From the NCBI RefSeq assembly GCF_004010195.1, contig NC_057751.1:11522578-11586577 (forward strand): a stretch of 64,000 bases of DNA, read 5' to 3'. Made by a program: the position numbers and the translations under genes. Below the pieces are notes generated by a model. The model made no database searches. It was not told where the DNA came from and saw nothing but the letters and a program-made list of their open reading frames with translations. Source of the DNA: Chiloscyllium plagiosum. Its lineage: Eukaryota. Each line of letters starts with the position of its first letter. Position 1 is the stretch's first letter. Below, piece by piece: positions 12,683 to 24,441 of the stretch.

Positions 12683-14419
12683 AAAACCAAACTGACCATG
12701 AGGTGGCACATTGCACTGACTGCGATTCATTATCCCACTGTGGTGATGGTAGAAATACTCTCTCATATCCTAATGCCTTTGTTCATGAGACCATAAAACA
12801 TAGGAGCGGCCTTTGGGCCATTCAGCCCCTTGAGTCTGCTACACCATTCAATCCTAGTTGCTAAGTTCCTATGTAATAAGAACATGACTGCTTTGAATTG
12901 TTGGGCAGTGAAACACAACTAAAAATCCATGTTGACACAAACATTTGAGTGACAGATCTGGCTGTAAACTTCAACAAAAATTTATACTTCTGCAGCTACA
13001 GTTACATGACAAGAATAGAGGAATGATAATGGCTGGGAGAGAGTTTTGATGAGAAACTGGAATGATTTGCTTATCCTTGTGTGAATCAGAAAAGACCAGC
13101 CAGAGCCTACACTTGGATCACAGTCATGTTTATGAAGAGTAATGCCTTTTTGTTCTAGATTTGACTCTTCGGCGAATGCGTCATGGCCAGTTTACTTTGT
13201 GATGATGTCACTGTGAGGGAGAATTTCCACTTGGTTTCCTCACTCCCTCTGTTAGGAAGATTTCCACAAAAGGTTTCTGCCAAATTGACTGGAAGTGAGC
13301 CTGCAGGGAAGTAGAGTTAGCAGTTACAGTGGAGTTGGTTGCTTTGAATTATTGGTTAATTATGCAGCAAAGAAGCATTACATTCAATAAGGTACCAGAG
13401 GTATGCAGTAATAGAGCTGTTGGACTTTAGATTATATGTCAAATCAAAACAAGAAAGGATACTTTGGTACATGGGCTGGATCTAGTTTATAAAATGTCTG
13501 TTTGTGGGAAGCAAGAGAATAGTTGAGAAGCAAAACATTCCTATGAGATGTAACACCTGAGTTATTATATTATGATGATCTTGGTGTGACATAGATGCAA
13601 CATTCTTACAAAACATACATATGTTTTTAAGATGTGCCAGCTATGTTGAGGTGGAGAATTTATTTACCATGACAGGAATGTAAGATCTTGCAATACATTC
13701 TTCTTCTTGTTCAACAGCCCTCTTATATAAACTCAGAATCTCAGTTCTGCGAATGGAAAAGCAGCTCCACTTTGGTCAGTCGTCTTTGATAATTTGGATT
13801 TCCTCGAACCCTTTTTCGCCTCACCAGTTTCCTGAAACTGAAGGCTGTACACCATACTCCGGTTCTGGCCCCCTTAAGATTCTGTGTATTATAACATTGT
13901 GCCATTCGATTTCAACTTGGCTGCTCCATAACAGTTGCCAGAAAACCTACTAGGCATTATCTGCTCAATTTGCTTCTCCTAAAATCTTGAATGCTCAAAT
14001 CCCGCTAGATTTCCCGTTACAAAGTACATGTTTATTAATTGAAAACTATTGGCTGACATTTGAATTCTATCAGCTGTGTTTTTAGAGTCTGCCTCTCCAC
14101 CTAATCAAAATCCCTTGCACCCTTTCAACCTTTTGAATTCGTTTCTGATATCAGGCAGTAATTTATCCAGCAGGGTCATTCATGCATATGATAAACAGAG
14201 GCAGCAGCAGAACAGAATCCACAATGTTTTACAACGCTGACGAGAAACTGCCTTTGAGCTTCTGTTCTGTTTCCTCCCTTCTAAGTGGTCATTAGTGCAA
14301 TTCATTGTCCTCCCACCAATTCCCATTTCCCGAATCCTCTCCAGTTGTGTCTTTGTGTGCTATCTTGTTGACGGCATCTATTCAATTTTCTTGTCCGACA
14401 ATAAAACCAAACGTAACCC

Positions 14420-15370
14420 AACTCATTAATGTTCCACCAGTCTTGATCATTGGTAAACTAATGGAAGGTGTCATCCACTGTGCTATCTATCAGTACTTTC
14501 TTGTCAATATTCTACTTGCTGCTCAGTTTGGGCTCAGTCAGGGCTGCTGTGTTCCTGCCCTCAGTTACATACTGGGTCCAAACAGGGACAGAAGAGCTGA
14601 ATGACAGAAGTGAGGCAAGAGTGATTGCAGTATCTGACTGAATAAGGTATCAAGGAGCCCTAGCAAAACTGAGTTTAGTGGGAATGGAGTTGGTGGGGAA
14701 CTCTCTCTACTGGTTGGAGTCGTCCTGAGCATTAGGGAAGATGGTTTATCTCAGCCCCAGGATATTGCTGCGTGAGCTTTTCAGCCATCATCAGCTGTTT
14801 CAGTGACCTTCCTCCATTGTGAGGTCAGAATTGGGATGTTCGCTGATGCTTGCACAATGTTCAGCACCATTCACGACTCCAATACTGAAGCAGTCTGTGT
14901 CCAAGTGCAGCAAGATAACATCCAGGCTTGGGCTGGTAAGTGCCAAGTAACTTTAATGTTGCATGAGTGCCAGGCAATGACCATTTCCAACAAGAGAAAA
15001 TCTAACCAGCAGTCCTCAATGTTGCTGGCAATTCCTTTGATGAATATAACCCCTGCTATCGACATCTTCAGGTCTTCCATTAACCAGAACCTGAGCTGGA
15101 CCATCTAAATACATATTGTCTACAAAAGCAGGGCTATGTGTGGTGAGTAACCCATGTCCTTTCTCCCAAAGTCTGACCACCATCTCCATGGTACAAGTCA
15201 GGAGTGTGTTGGAATGCTCCCCATTTACCTGCGTTAGTGCAGCCCCAAAAACACTTGATACCATCAGGCCAAATAAACCCACTGGATGGGCAGCTCCTAC
15301 ACCACCATCAATGCTCATCACCAATGCAGAATGGCAGCAGTATCTACCATCTACAGCAACTCACCAAGGT
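14420..15370 (+). mobile_element. Decayed CR1/L2-group LINE RT fragment from a different lineage than the HER1-like copies
   Basis: Translations include IIGKLMEGVI, EVRIGMFADACTMFSTIHDSNTEAV..QQDNIQAWAGKCQVT...CQAMTISNKR (degenerate (Y/F)ADD motif) and QVRSVLECSP..VSAAPKTL..DTI. Confidence 0.75.
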
Positions 15371-15765
15371 TCCCTCATAAGATTGATAACAAGGGGCAGC
15401 TTTTCGTGAAGAGGTATTGGGAACAGAGAGCTCTCTGACACCTTGCAGCCAGTGGATGTAGAGGACATTGCAAAGGTTGTATGAGAATGTCCCTGGGGAC
15501 AGTGCAGCAAGAGAGGCTGATGCAGGAATATTCCAACATTTTGTGAACAAAGTGTTGATTCACATTCACTGTCATGAAATCCACACACAAATTAGGATGA
15601 GTGTTTAAGGACTGATTCGGGACTGGGCCAAATTCTAACCAAGGGATCAGTCAATGAGATTATTGCTGTCTGGCAATTTATTTCACTCAGGATCAAACAA
15701 ATTTATATCTTTGTGAAGTGAATTTGGCAGTGATCTTCAAATGAGGGAATTGTCTGTCACAAGAA

Positions 15766-15984
15766 AGTTAAAACTCACACAACACCAGGTTATAGTCCAA
15801 CAGGTTTATTTGGAAGCACTCGCTTTCAGAGTGCTGCTCCTTCATCAGGTGGGCAACCACTTGATGAAGGAGCAACACTCTGAAAGCTCGTGCTTCCAAA
15901 TAAACCTGTTGGACTATAATCTGGTGGTGTGATTTTTTTTTTTTAACCTTGTCCACCCCAGTCCAACACCGGTTCCTCCAAGTC
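15766..15984. mobile_element. Hairpin-shaped Penelope-like element with two inverted minimal hammerhead cores, family B
   Basis: Inverted repeat ~15767-15851 versus ~15858-15947. Near-TSD ctgtcacaagaa (15754-15765) and ctgtctcaagaa (15985-15996). + arm reads cac-TTGATGA-A-GGAG-caaca-CTCT-GAAA-GCTC-gtg; - arm reads cac-CTGATGA-A-GGAG..CTCT-GAAA-GCGA-gtg. Confidence 0.75.
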
Positions 15985-18449
15985 CTGTCTCAAGAAGTTA
16001 CAGTTTAGAAAGAGCTGGCATGGTGGAGGACGAGGAGCTGCAACGGTATTGCTGAAGGATGTTGCATTTCGTCTAACTTACCATTATTTTCTGATTCGCC
16101 CCAACAGTTTTTGTCCTTTTTTTTTTGGGTTTCTGGCAAAATATTTCAATTGGTGCCTGGCATGCGGTTCAAGGGAGTTAGCTTTCTGTTCATTACTCTG
16201 AATTTGGTTTCATGCTGCCCTCTGCTGGTCTGCAGTGTGTGGTAACAAACGGAAATTTGCAATAGCCCAGCCTGCCTGCTGTGGCCATGACACCAGGCTT
16301 TTGGATTGTTGGATGGTTTACTTGAGAGTGGATTCATATCCGCCTTCTTTCACACCTTATTCTACCTGTTACTTCAAAAGATTGCAATTCCAAAGCTCTG
16401 TTGATCTGCATCCAACCTTGAGCACCTTCCGTACACTTGTCATTCAAAACTCTGCTGTCTGTATCCTAAGTTACAGTAATTGTTTTTTAACCGTCATCCT
16501 TGCTGTTGCTGAACGATGCTGACTTCTGATCTGCCAAGACCTGTATTTTTAAACTCTTGTCATGATTTTCAAATCCCGAAGTAGCCTTGTCCCTCTCTAT
16601 CTTTCTACTGTCTTTTGATGAGCCCCACAATCTTCCAAGATAGCTGTGCTGTTCCAATTCTGGACCATTAAGCACCTAATATTTCATTGTTTTCGCCATT
16701 CATGGTTGTGACTTTCGCCACATTGTTTCTAATGTTTGATGGAAATACCTGCCTGAATCTCAGTCTCTCTGCATCTTCGTCCTTTGAAGAGCTTTTCGTT
16801 AAATCAGAAACTTCTGTTGTACTAAAATCATTTGACAGGCCCTCAGTCAAACCTTGTTGGATAACACTCTCTTGCTAAATGTTTTGGGACCTTCTTATTC
16901 AGCTTCATAGCTGCATGTTATTCTTTTGAAGGTGCTATACATATGTAAGTTAAAGAAATTGCAAAAAATAAATTGGATGAAGATTGAAAATGATTTGTGT
17001 TATGAAATGAATAGCAATGAGAGAGCTGATTCTGGGAAGTGAACTTTGTGGATTTGAGTAAATTGTGGGTCCACCAACAGCACATGGACTGCAGAAGTAC
17101 CTAACGCAGCTCACCACCACCTCCTTAAGGGCAACTAGGGCTCGCAATGAATATTGACCCAGCCAGAAATGCCTACCTCCTATGAGTGCGTAAGGAAAAG
17201 GAAGAGTTACTTTATATAATGAAAACAGTTTTGGAGTAACTCAGCAAGTTGAGCACATCTGTAGAGAATGAAATAGAAATGTTTTGAGTTCAAGCTGACT
17301 CTTCATAACCCTTTTCCTTTTATACATGTGTGAATAATGCCTGCTAAAGTCTTACAATATACCTCCAGACCATTCACGTGCAATATGCTGCTGTCAAGTT
17401 TCATGATGGCCATGTTGGCAAATGTGTATCATTTCGACAAGCTCATATGTGAATATTGGCAATTGATAATGGTACAACATGCCAGCAACCTTTTAACCTT
17501 GCATCAAAATGTAAATTCAGCACACTCAATGTAACACTGATTGCCTTGCTTGTTTACTAAAAGTGTGTCCGCCTTTTCAAGACAAAGGAACAGTGTGACT
17601 CCAACATGGTCTTAAGGCACATTTTGGAGCTTGCCAACATCTTCAATACCGCCATGGGGGATATTGATGGTCAGGCTGTAATTAAATGGGATGGGCACAT
17701 CATGTCTCACACACACAGGCTGAGCATTTCACTGTCCTGCCCACTTTTCCTTTTTTAACTCTGTGGTTCAGAAAGTAATAATCAGCACTGCCTGGGACTT
17801 TGGGCTGCTTGTTAACACTGCTCTCAGAGAAATCATGGGTGTTCACTGGTCTCCAGTATGCATTACAGCAAACACCTGGGGCAATTCCTGTCAAATTTTA
17901 CACCCCATCTCCCCCCCCCCCCCAAATCTGTTGGAGTGTTGTCAAACACAAACAGAACTGGTTTGTCCCTGCACTGACAAATTGTGGCTTTGTAATAAAC
18001 TTCCTGACCCTGTGAATAGAAAACCTCTGATCGGATCAAATTGGTGGATGCTGAAACAAATCTGATTTGAATCAGTTTTGCTTTCTGCAAACTAGAGGTA
18101 GATTAGGAGGAAATGGTGTCATGGAGGCCACCACCTGAGTGGACTATTCTATCCAGGGGCAAATCCCTATTTCTGCCAGGGTTTGGTGATTTCCCAGCCC
18201 ATCAAGAAGAGATTTCCTTCATTGGTCTCATCACAAACTGTGCATCTTAAAATGTGTTGCGAATCACTCCTACTTTGCCACAAAGTGATGTGCGTACAGT
18301 CAGGGATGGCATCTGAGGGCAATCAGAATGTTGACCACCCAGCTGGTGGTTTGGATGTAACAGCAACAACATCTCTGGTTGAGACCTTCCTGGAGGGAAT
18401 TGTGAAGGCTAGGAAATAAAACGTGATGTTTGAAGGTCACCCCATAGCC

Positions 18450-19445
18450 TCTGACAATCCAGGGGAAAAAAAAGTCCCAACCTATTCAGCCTTCTCCTTT
18501 TAACTCCAGCCCTTCAGTCCCAGCAACATTTGTTGTAACGGTCTAAACCCTCTCAAGTCTAACAACGTCCTTCCTATAGAAGGACCAGCATTGTACACAA
18601 TATTCCAAAAGTGGCCTCACCAAAGCCTGGAGAACCACAATATGACCACCTAACTCTCATACTCAAAGTTCTGATCAACGAAGACAAGCATATCAAACGT
18701 CGTCTTCACCACCCTGTCTATATGCAACTCCAACGGCAAGGAAGTATGCACCTACAGTCCTAGGTCTCTTTGTTTGGCAATACTCCCCTGGGCCTGACCA
18801 TTAAGTTGAGAGTGTGGCGCTGGGAAAGCACAGCAGGTCAGGCAGCATCCGAGGAGTAGGAGAATCAACGTTTCTGGCAAAAACCCTGAATCAGGAACCC
18901 TACCTGATCAGGAGCCCTTCCTGATGAAGGGCTTTTGCCCGAAACATCGATTCTCCTGCTCTTCACACGCTGCCTGACCTGCTGTGCTTTTCCAGCACCA
19001 CACACTCGACTGTAATCTCCAGCAACTGCAGTCCTCACTTTTGCCTACCATTAACTGTATAAGTCCTGTCCTGATTTAGTTCACCAAAATGCAACATCTC
19101 ATTTAAATTAAACTCCATCTCCCATACACGGCCCATTGGCCTTTCTGATCAAGGTCCCAATGTACTCTGAGATGATCTTCCTTGAGGTAGTGTGCTACAC
19201 CATCTATTTTGATGTCATCTGCAAGCTTACTAACCGTATCTCCTATATTCACATCCAAACCATTTCTATAAAAGATGACAAGCAGTGGACCCAGCACCAG
19301 CCCTTGTGGCACACCACTTGTTGCAAGCCTTCAGTCCAAAAAGCAACCCTCTATCACCACCCTCTGTCTCCTGTCTTCCAGCCAATTTTGTATCCAATTG
19401 TCTGGTTTGCCACGATCCAATGTGATCTAGCCTTCCTAACCAAAT
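18450..19445 (-). mobile_element. CR1 LINE RT fragment interrupted by a nested hammerhead-bearing element
   Basis: Minus-strand ORF 19103-19312 reads PQGLVLGPLLVIFYRNGLDVNIGDTVSKLADDIKI (RT core). CR1 sequence is continuous across the insertion at 18805-19046. Confidence 0.8.
18805..19046. mobile_element. Hairpin-shaped Penelope-like element with minimal hammerhead core, family A, nested in CR1
   Basis: 8-bp TSD ACCATTAA (18797-18804, 19047-19054). Inverted arms ~18805-18896 and ~18918-19010. + strand core CTGATGA-A-GGGC-TTTT-GCCC-GAAA-CATC at 18921-18948. Confidence 0.8.
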
Positions 19446-20640
19446 TGAAATAGTTTTGACATTTTGTGTCAGGGAACACAAGTGATAAGTGCAATGGTTT
19501 TATAGATCTGATTCTTGTCTCCTGTGCAGGTTAAATGTTTAATGTACCCTCGTGGAATTGCAAAGCCACTCCATTGTTTAAAATTGAAGCGTGATGAACC
19601 AGTAGCTCTCTCAGTATCTGTATGGCTCACGTCTGGTGAAACTTGCACCTGAAGGTGACACACAATCCATGTTTGCAAGAATGCAAAATTCTTCAGCAGT
19701 ATCTCCCCTCATCTACTCAGTGACAAACCCACCATTCCCAATCAGCAAGGACAGAATGATTAGAGAAATTGGGTACTGTTTGAAACCAAATGGATTCATA
19801 CAGTCAAGTGTGAAAGAAGAGCTTAAAGTCAAGGTGAAGCTTGGCAAGTATTTCAATCTGGGAGAAACAGAGGGATAAAAGAATATTAAAAGGAGGTATT
19901 CAATTTCTCTCAAGTTTATTGTTTCCCTTCACCGTTCTGTTCTGAGCATTTATTCTGATGAATGATATCCAATTTTACTGTGTAACCAGTATTTACAGAT
20001 GATATGGAACGTTTTTTTGCTTGCTTGCTTGCTTTATTGGTGTCACTGACTGGTCCAATGTTCATTAATCATCCTGAATCTCCCTGGAGAAGCTGGTAAT
20101 GGGCTGACTTTTGAACCATTGTATCTCCCTTGAGCAGTGCAACAACGCTGTAATTTAGTTCATGCCAAAGTGCAAAGCAGTTTTTATTGTATCCTGAGTG
20201 TGTAAATCTCATGCGCTCCCCTTACCGTGTTAGCACTTGTTCAGTGATCTCTCAAACTAACCAGGTCATATCTGGACAAGAATCACTACAGTCTCTGACA
20301 TAACCCCCTACACCAAACACAAAGACCACTTCCTAACTGCTGATTTGGTGAAAAGACTGCTGGAATTTTATCTTTGGCTCAAAATTCGCAGGCAGAAGTT
20401 TCTAGAAAACCACTATATTGATAATGAGTGAAAACCTGAAGGTTTCAAATTATTCAGTGGCAGAAGTTCCTCAAAATCCCAGTAAAATTGTTTCTCCAAA
20501 TTAGAGGAGTACTTTTCATTGGATTCAGCAGAAACCGTCAACACTGGTCAGCACACAAGGAAATTGTTGTTCTCAGCAGGTCATAGTTGTAGACAGGAGC
20601 TTGCACTAAAAAGAACTAAAGCCTGTTGCCTCCATTTCAG

Positions 20641-20854
20641 GATGCTGAGCCCATTGAAAGGTGTGATGTCCCTGACCTTGCCCATAGAGAGAGGCATGCC
20701 ACTGATGAAGAGAAACTGGCTTCCACCACATCCGTCAATCAAAAACAGCCCTGCCAAGACGCAAAAGCTCAAGTGGAAGATGACACAGAGTACTTTGAAT
20801 GCTCCAACCATCCAGCAACTGCCACTAAACCAGAATTATTAGACTCTTTGGAAG
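20641..20854 (+). CDS. TACC1: TACC1 coding exon (214 nt): DAEPIERCDVPDLAHRERHATDEEKLASTTSVNQKQPCQDAKAQVEDDTEYFECSNHPATATKPELLDSLE(G)
   Basis: tccatttcag|GAT...GAAG|gtaaga. Contains the TACC1/2 HATDEEKLA motif and the TACC1-type EYFECSN. Confidence 0.95.
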
Positions 20855-21374
20855 GTAAGAGGTCTGTTTGGAGATTTCATGGGCCATTAGTGCCCAGGGG
20901 CTCCCTTGTGAGGCCAGCATTTTGCCTAAGCAGCCTCGCTGTCCAACCATTACATTTGCCACCCATGTCAAGGGGTGACTGAAAGCACCATTCACATTTT
21001 CTGCAAGTTCTGATGAAGATTTCAATGCTGTTAAAACAACTCTGGTACAGGTCCCTTACTGAGAAGATTGCATGCAAGCTTAAACTTTGTGGGCTGTTAC
21101 CGGGACTGAATAGTGAAATGTCAGTAACCTCAGGGAGCCAGTGATGGATTGCCAAGTGAGACATTTATTTTCATTACTAAGATGTGCTTTATTCATAAAA
21201 ATATCTTTGTGTATGTGTTTGTGACTGTATAATAGCATACCAAGGAAACAAGCAAACATTTGGATAGAGTTTGACTCTATGCAAGCAAGCCAAAGGTATC
21301 TCTTATGCATACGATACTATGTTTACATTTGCGACACCTGGAGGGTCCCACTTAACTTCAGCAGGAAGCCCTCA

Positions 21375-21600
21375 GACAGTGGTCTTTCCCCACTGTGCCT
21401 TGGCGGCAGCTGCCCCTAACTTTACTGCATCTCTCAGCACATAGTCCTCGACCTTGGAATGTGGCAGTTAGCAACACTGAGCCAAGGTCAACTCCTTGTT
21501 CTGGAAGACTGACATGTTCTGGGCAGAGCAAAGAATATCATTCACTGAGTTAATGGTCCTCCAGATGGACTTGATGTTTGTCTCTGTGTGTATCTTGGGG
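21375..21600 (-). mobile_element. Tx1/L1-clade LINE ORF2 C-terminal fragment
   Basis: Minus strand reads HTETNIKSIWRTINSVNDILCSAQNMSVFQNKELTLAQCC, then HSKVEDYVLRDAVKLGAAAAKAQWGKTTV*, resembling the C-terminus of Tx1-type ORF2 (K..(L/I)W..RN...F). Confidence 0.65.
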
Positions 21601-24149
21601 ATCACACCAGATATTCTCGGAGATATCTGACAGTCTCTAACCCCAATGCAGCTGCTACCAGGGCAGTGTACGGTGGCACAGACCAACAGGGTGTACATGA
21701 AGGATCGTGCACCTTCTCACCACCAGCCAAGCCATGTCTAAGTACTTATTGGAAAGTTCTGATGATGAGGCATTCTGCGAAATGACTTTCAGTGGGACAC
21801 ACTGAGGTTGGAGTCTATTTGTAATCAGGCAAAACTGCATTTAGAAAATGCGTGTGACTGAAGCTGGCCAGAAATGGTCCCAGAGACAGTGAGAGTAGCT
21901 CTTTCCTCGCACTTGCCCAAAAACATGCTGCACGTATGCTGAAGTTATTAGTGCACTGACCCACTGAAAATGGGAAGCCATAAACGTTTTTAAGCTGAAT
22001 AAAAGCTTTTATGTTGTGCACATTGTTAATGTTTCATTTATTTTTCATTCCCGACAGGCACTCTTGTCTTCTTCATTCACTGTGTCCTGTGAATATATTT
22101 TGTTGCTTCATCCATTTCTTCGTGCCATATTGTCTGTATAACATGTACCTTTGTGCCACTACTGTACTATGGAGATTATTTGGATGGTGGGCAGGGGGAC
22201 AAGCCACAACTTTCTCGTGAAAGTTCAAAGATATGTGAGCGTTTCTCTTGTCTGTCACAATTGGAAAAGTATGAGAAGTTCAAGTTAACTGCAGTTCCAA
22301 AAACAACTTGTTTCTTTCACTTGTTGCTTTTAAATTCATGTCTTTTTAAATCACTTCGAAACCTCCACTACATCCTCGACTCCGGAATCTCTAACCCTAT
22401 GTCCCTTTGAAATCTCTGAGCTCCTTCACTTCTGTCCTGTCTCATGTCCACGACTATAACTTGCGCAGCATCATCAGCTATGCCTTGAGCTGCCTGGGTC
22501 CTTTCTCTGGGATGCTCTCTGCTACACTTTGCCCTTTCTACTTTGTGTTCCTCCTTTAAGACGCTCCTTGTGATTTTTGTTATCTGACATTTAAGCTTAT
22601 TTTGTGGCTTGGCAGCGTCTAGTTTCAATAAAGCTCCTGTGAAATGTCTTCAGGTGTCTTACTGGGCTAAAGTGCAATATAATTCTGACTTTGTGATGGA
22701 GTGAGTGCCATTGTGCATCATTGCATTACACAAAGGGTTAGCTTTAGTACAGTGCCAATGTTGCTTTGGGTTCTCACTGCAGGTCATGTGAGATTGAAGC
22801 CAAATACCACTTAGTGCTCATTCTGCCTGGATCACCAATTTATGATCCTTTAAACGATCCGAAAAGAGATTTGGATGGTTAATTGCAGTCACAAGTGTAG
22901 AGGGGTATGGACTGCAAGTTGGGATGCCTTTTCGAAGCATGTACGCGGTAGGCCAAATGGCCACCTCATGCTGGGACTTTAAGTTGTGATGCATTCGTTT
23001 CTGGCCCCATACTTGAATGCAAATTAATCTCTGGACTGGAGAGCATGAGAGGTCTTCATTGTTATGTAATGGCAGAGTTTGATTGAACCGATGCTGAGTG
23101 AAGTTGTCACGTGTGAGATAATAGATTACAAGCTGAAGCCAGGCAGAATGTCACACAGTTGCATGTGTTTCATCCTATTGCTTGATGTTTGACTCATCCA
23201 TGTGATTTAGCTGACCATTGTTGCTTGTTTAATTTATACACAGCCCTCTCCATGATGCAGTATGTGTCTTGTGTAAGTGAGCTGACTGACAGCCAAACAT
23301 CCCTTAAAAGGGTTGACTCTGAGCTTCACTTTGGACTGGTGCATTTAATTTTAGTGTTGCACAATGTGAAACATGTTTGAAGGCACTTGGGCCAATGCTA
23401 AACAAAATGTGCATTATTCTTCTTGGCCTGGACTTGGGACCTGTTCAGGAGTTGCTCAGTGGGGGACAAACTGATGAAATAATTGGTAACATCAAATCAT
23501 GAATACAGTCCTGAAAATTGCCTTGAAATGGAGCCTCATACATCAGATATAACCAGTTCTGAATAGCTCTCTGTCAACTCTGGCGGTGGTTATTAACTGG
23601 TTGGGTCCAGCAGGGGTGCCTGAGGCCAAGTGGAACATGGAATCAGGGGTGGTTGAATGTTAATTGAGGGTTAATGGGTGAGATATATTAATAACAAACC
23701 AGCAAACGTAAATTTACCTAACCTCTGATATATGGAAAATCCAAGGGTGTTCTGGCATCTTCCTGCCTCTCAGCTAGAAAGTCTGGGTTCAGTTCCCACT
23801 TGCCCTGGAAGTGTGTCAATATGAGAAATGGCTATAAATTGTATTTAATAAGATATATGCAAATAAATTCTAGCTCTAATCCTCCACTTTTTAACTTGAT
23901 GTTATTTTAGTTCCGTTTGCCAGCAGAAGTAATTTAAAATCTGACTATCTTTGAGGTGATGAGGATTTGGAAGATTTGTTTTTTCAGACAGATGGCAATG
24001 TGTAGCAATGCTACAGTCTGTGCCACCTGCCAAACAGTCTGTATGGTGGTGAACTCATTCTAAAGAGGAGAAGTTGCCTACTTCATTGCTGGTTGATGCT
24101 GCTATATAGGCAATAAATCACCTACAATGATCTCTTCCACAAACCGACA

Positions 24150-24441
24150 TTGACACTCACACTTACACACGCACATACACTTACACACAGTCTCATAAAC
24201 ACACAATCTCTTTCTCTCAGTCACACACTCTCTTTCTCTCATTGACTCACATGCTCGCTCTCTCTCACTTACTTCCTCGCTCTTGCTCGCATGCTCCCTC
24301 TCTCTCCCACTCACATGCACTCTCTCTCCACTCATACACGCTCTCTCTCTCTCTCTCACTCTCTCTCTCACGCTCTCTCTCACTCACATGCGCTCACTCA
24401 CACGACACGCTTCCTCTCTCTCGCGCACGCACACACACACG
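24150..24441. repeat. Compound (CA)n/(CT)n low-complexity tract
   Basis: Directly visible; source of the spurious ORFs at 24102-24702. Confidence 0.9.

Noticed and set aside
15766..15984. Long hairpins as pre-miRNAs, CRISPR repeats or Rho-independent terminators
   Set aside because: The context is eukaryotic, and the hairpins are interspersed multi-copy elements with TSDs; there is no repeat-spacer periodicity.
20702..20716. ctgatgaagagaaac resembling a hammerhead core (CTGATGA...GAAA)
   Set aside because: It lies in the TACC1 codons for TDEEKL, has no stem II, and is explained by the protein sequence.
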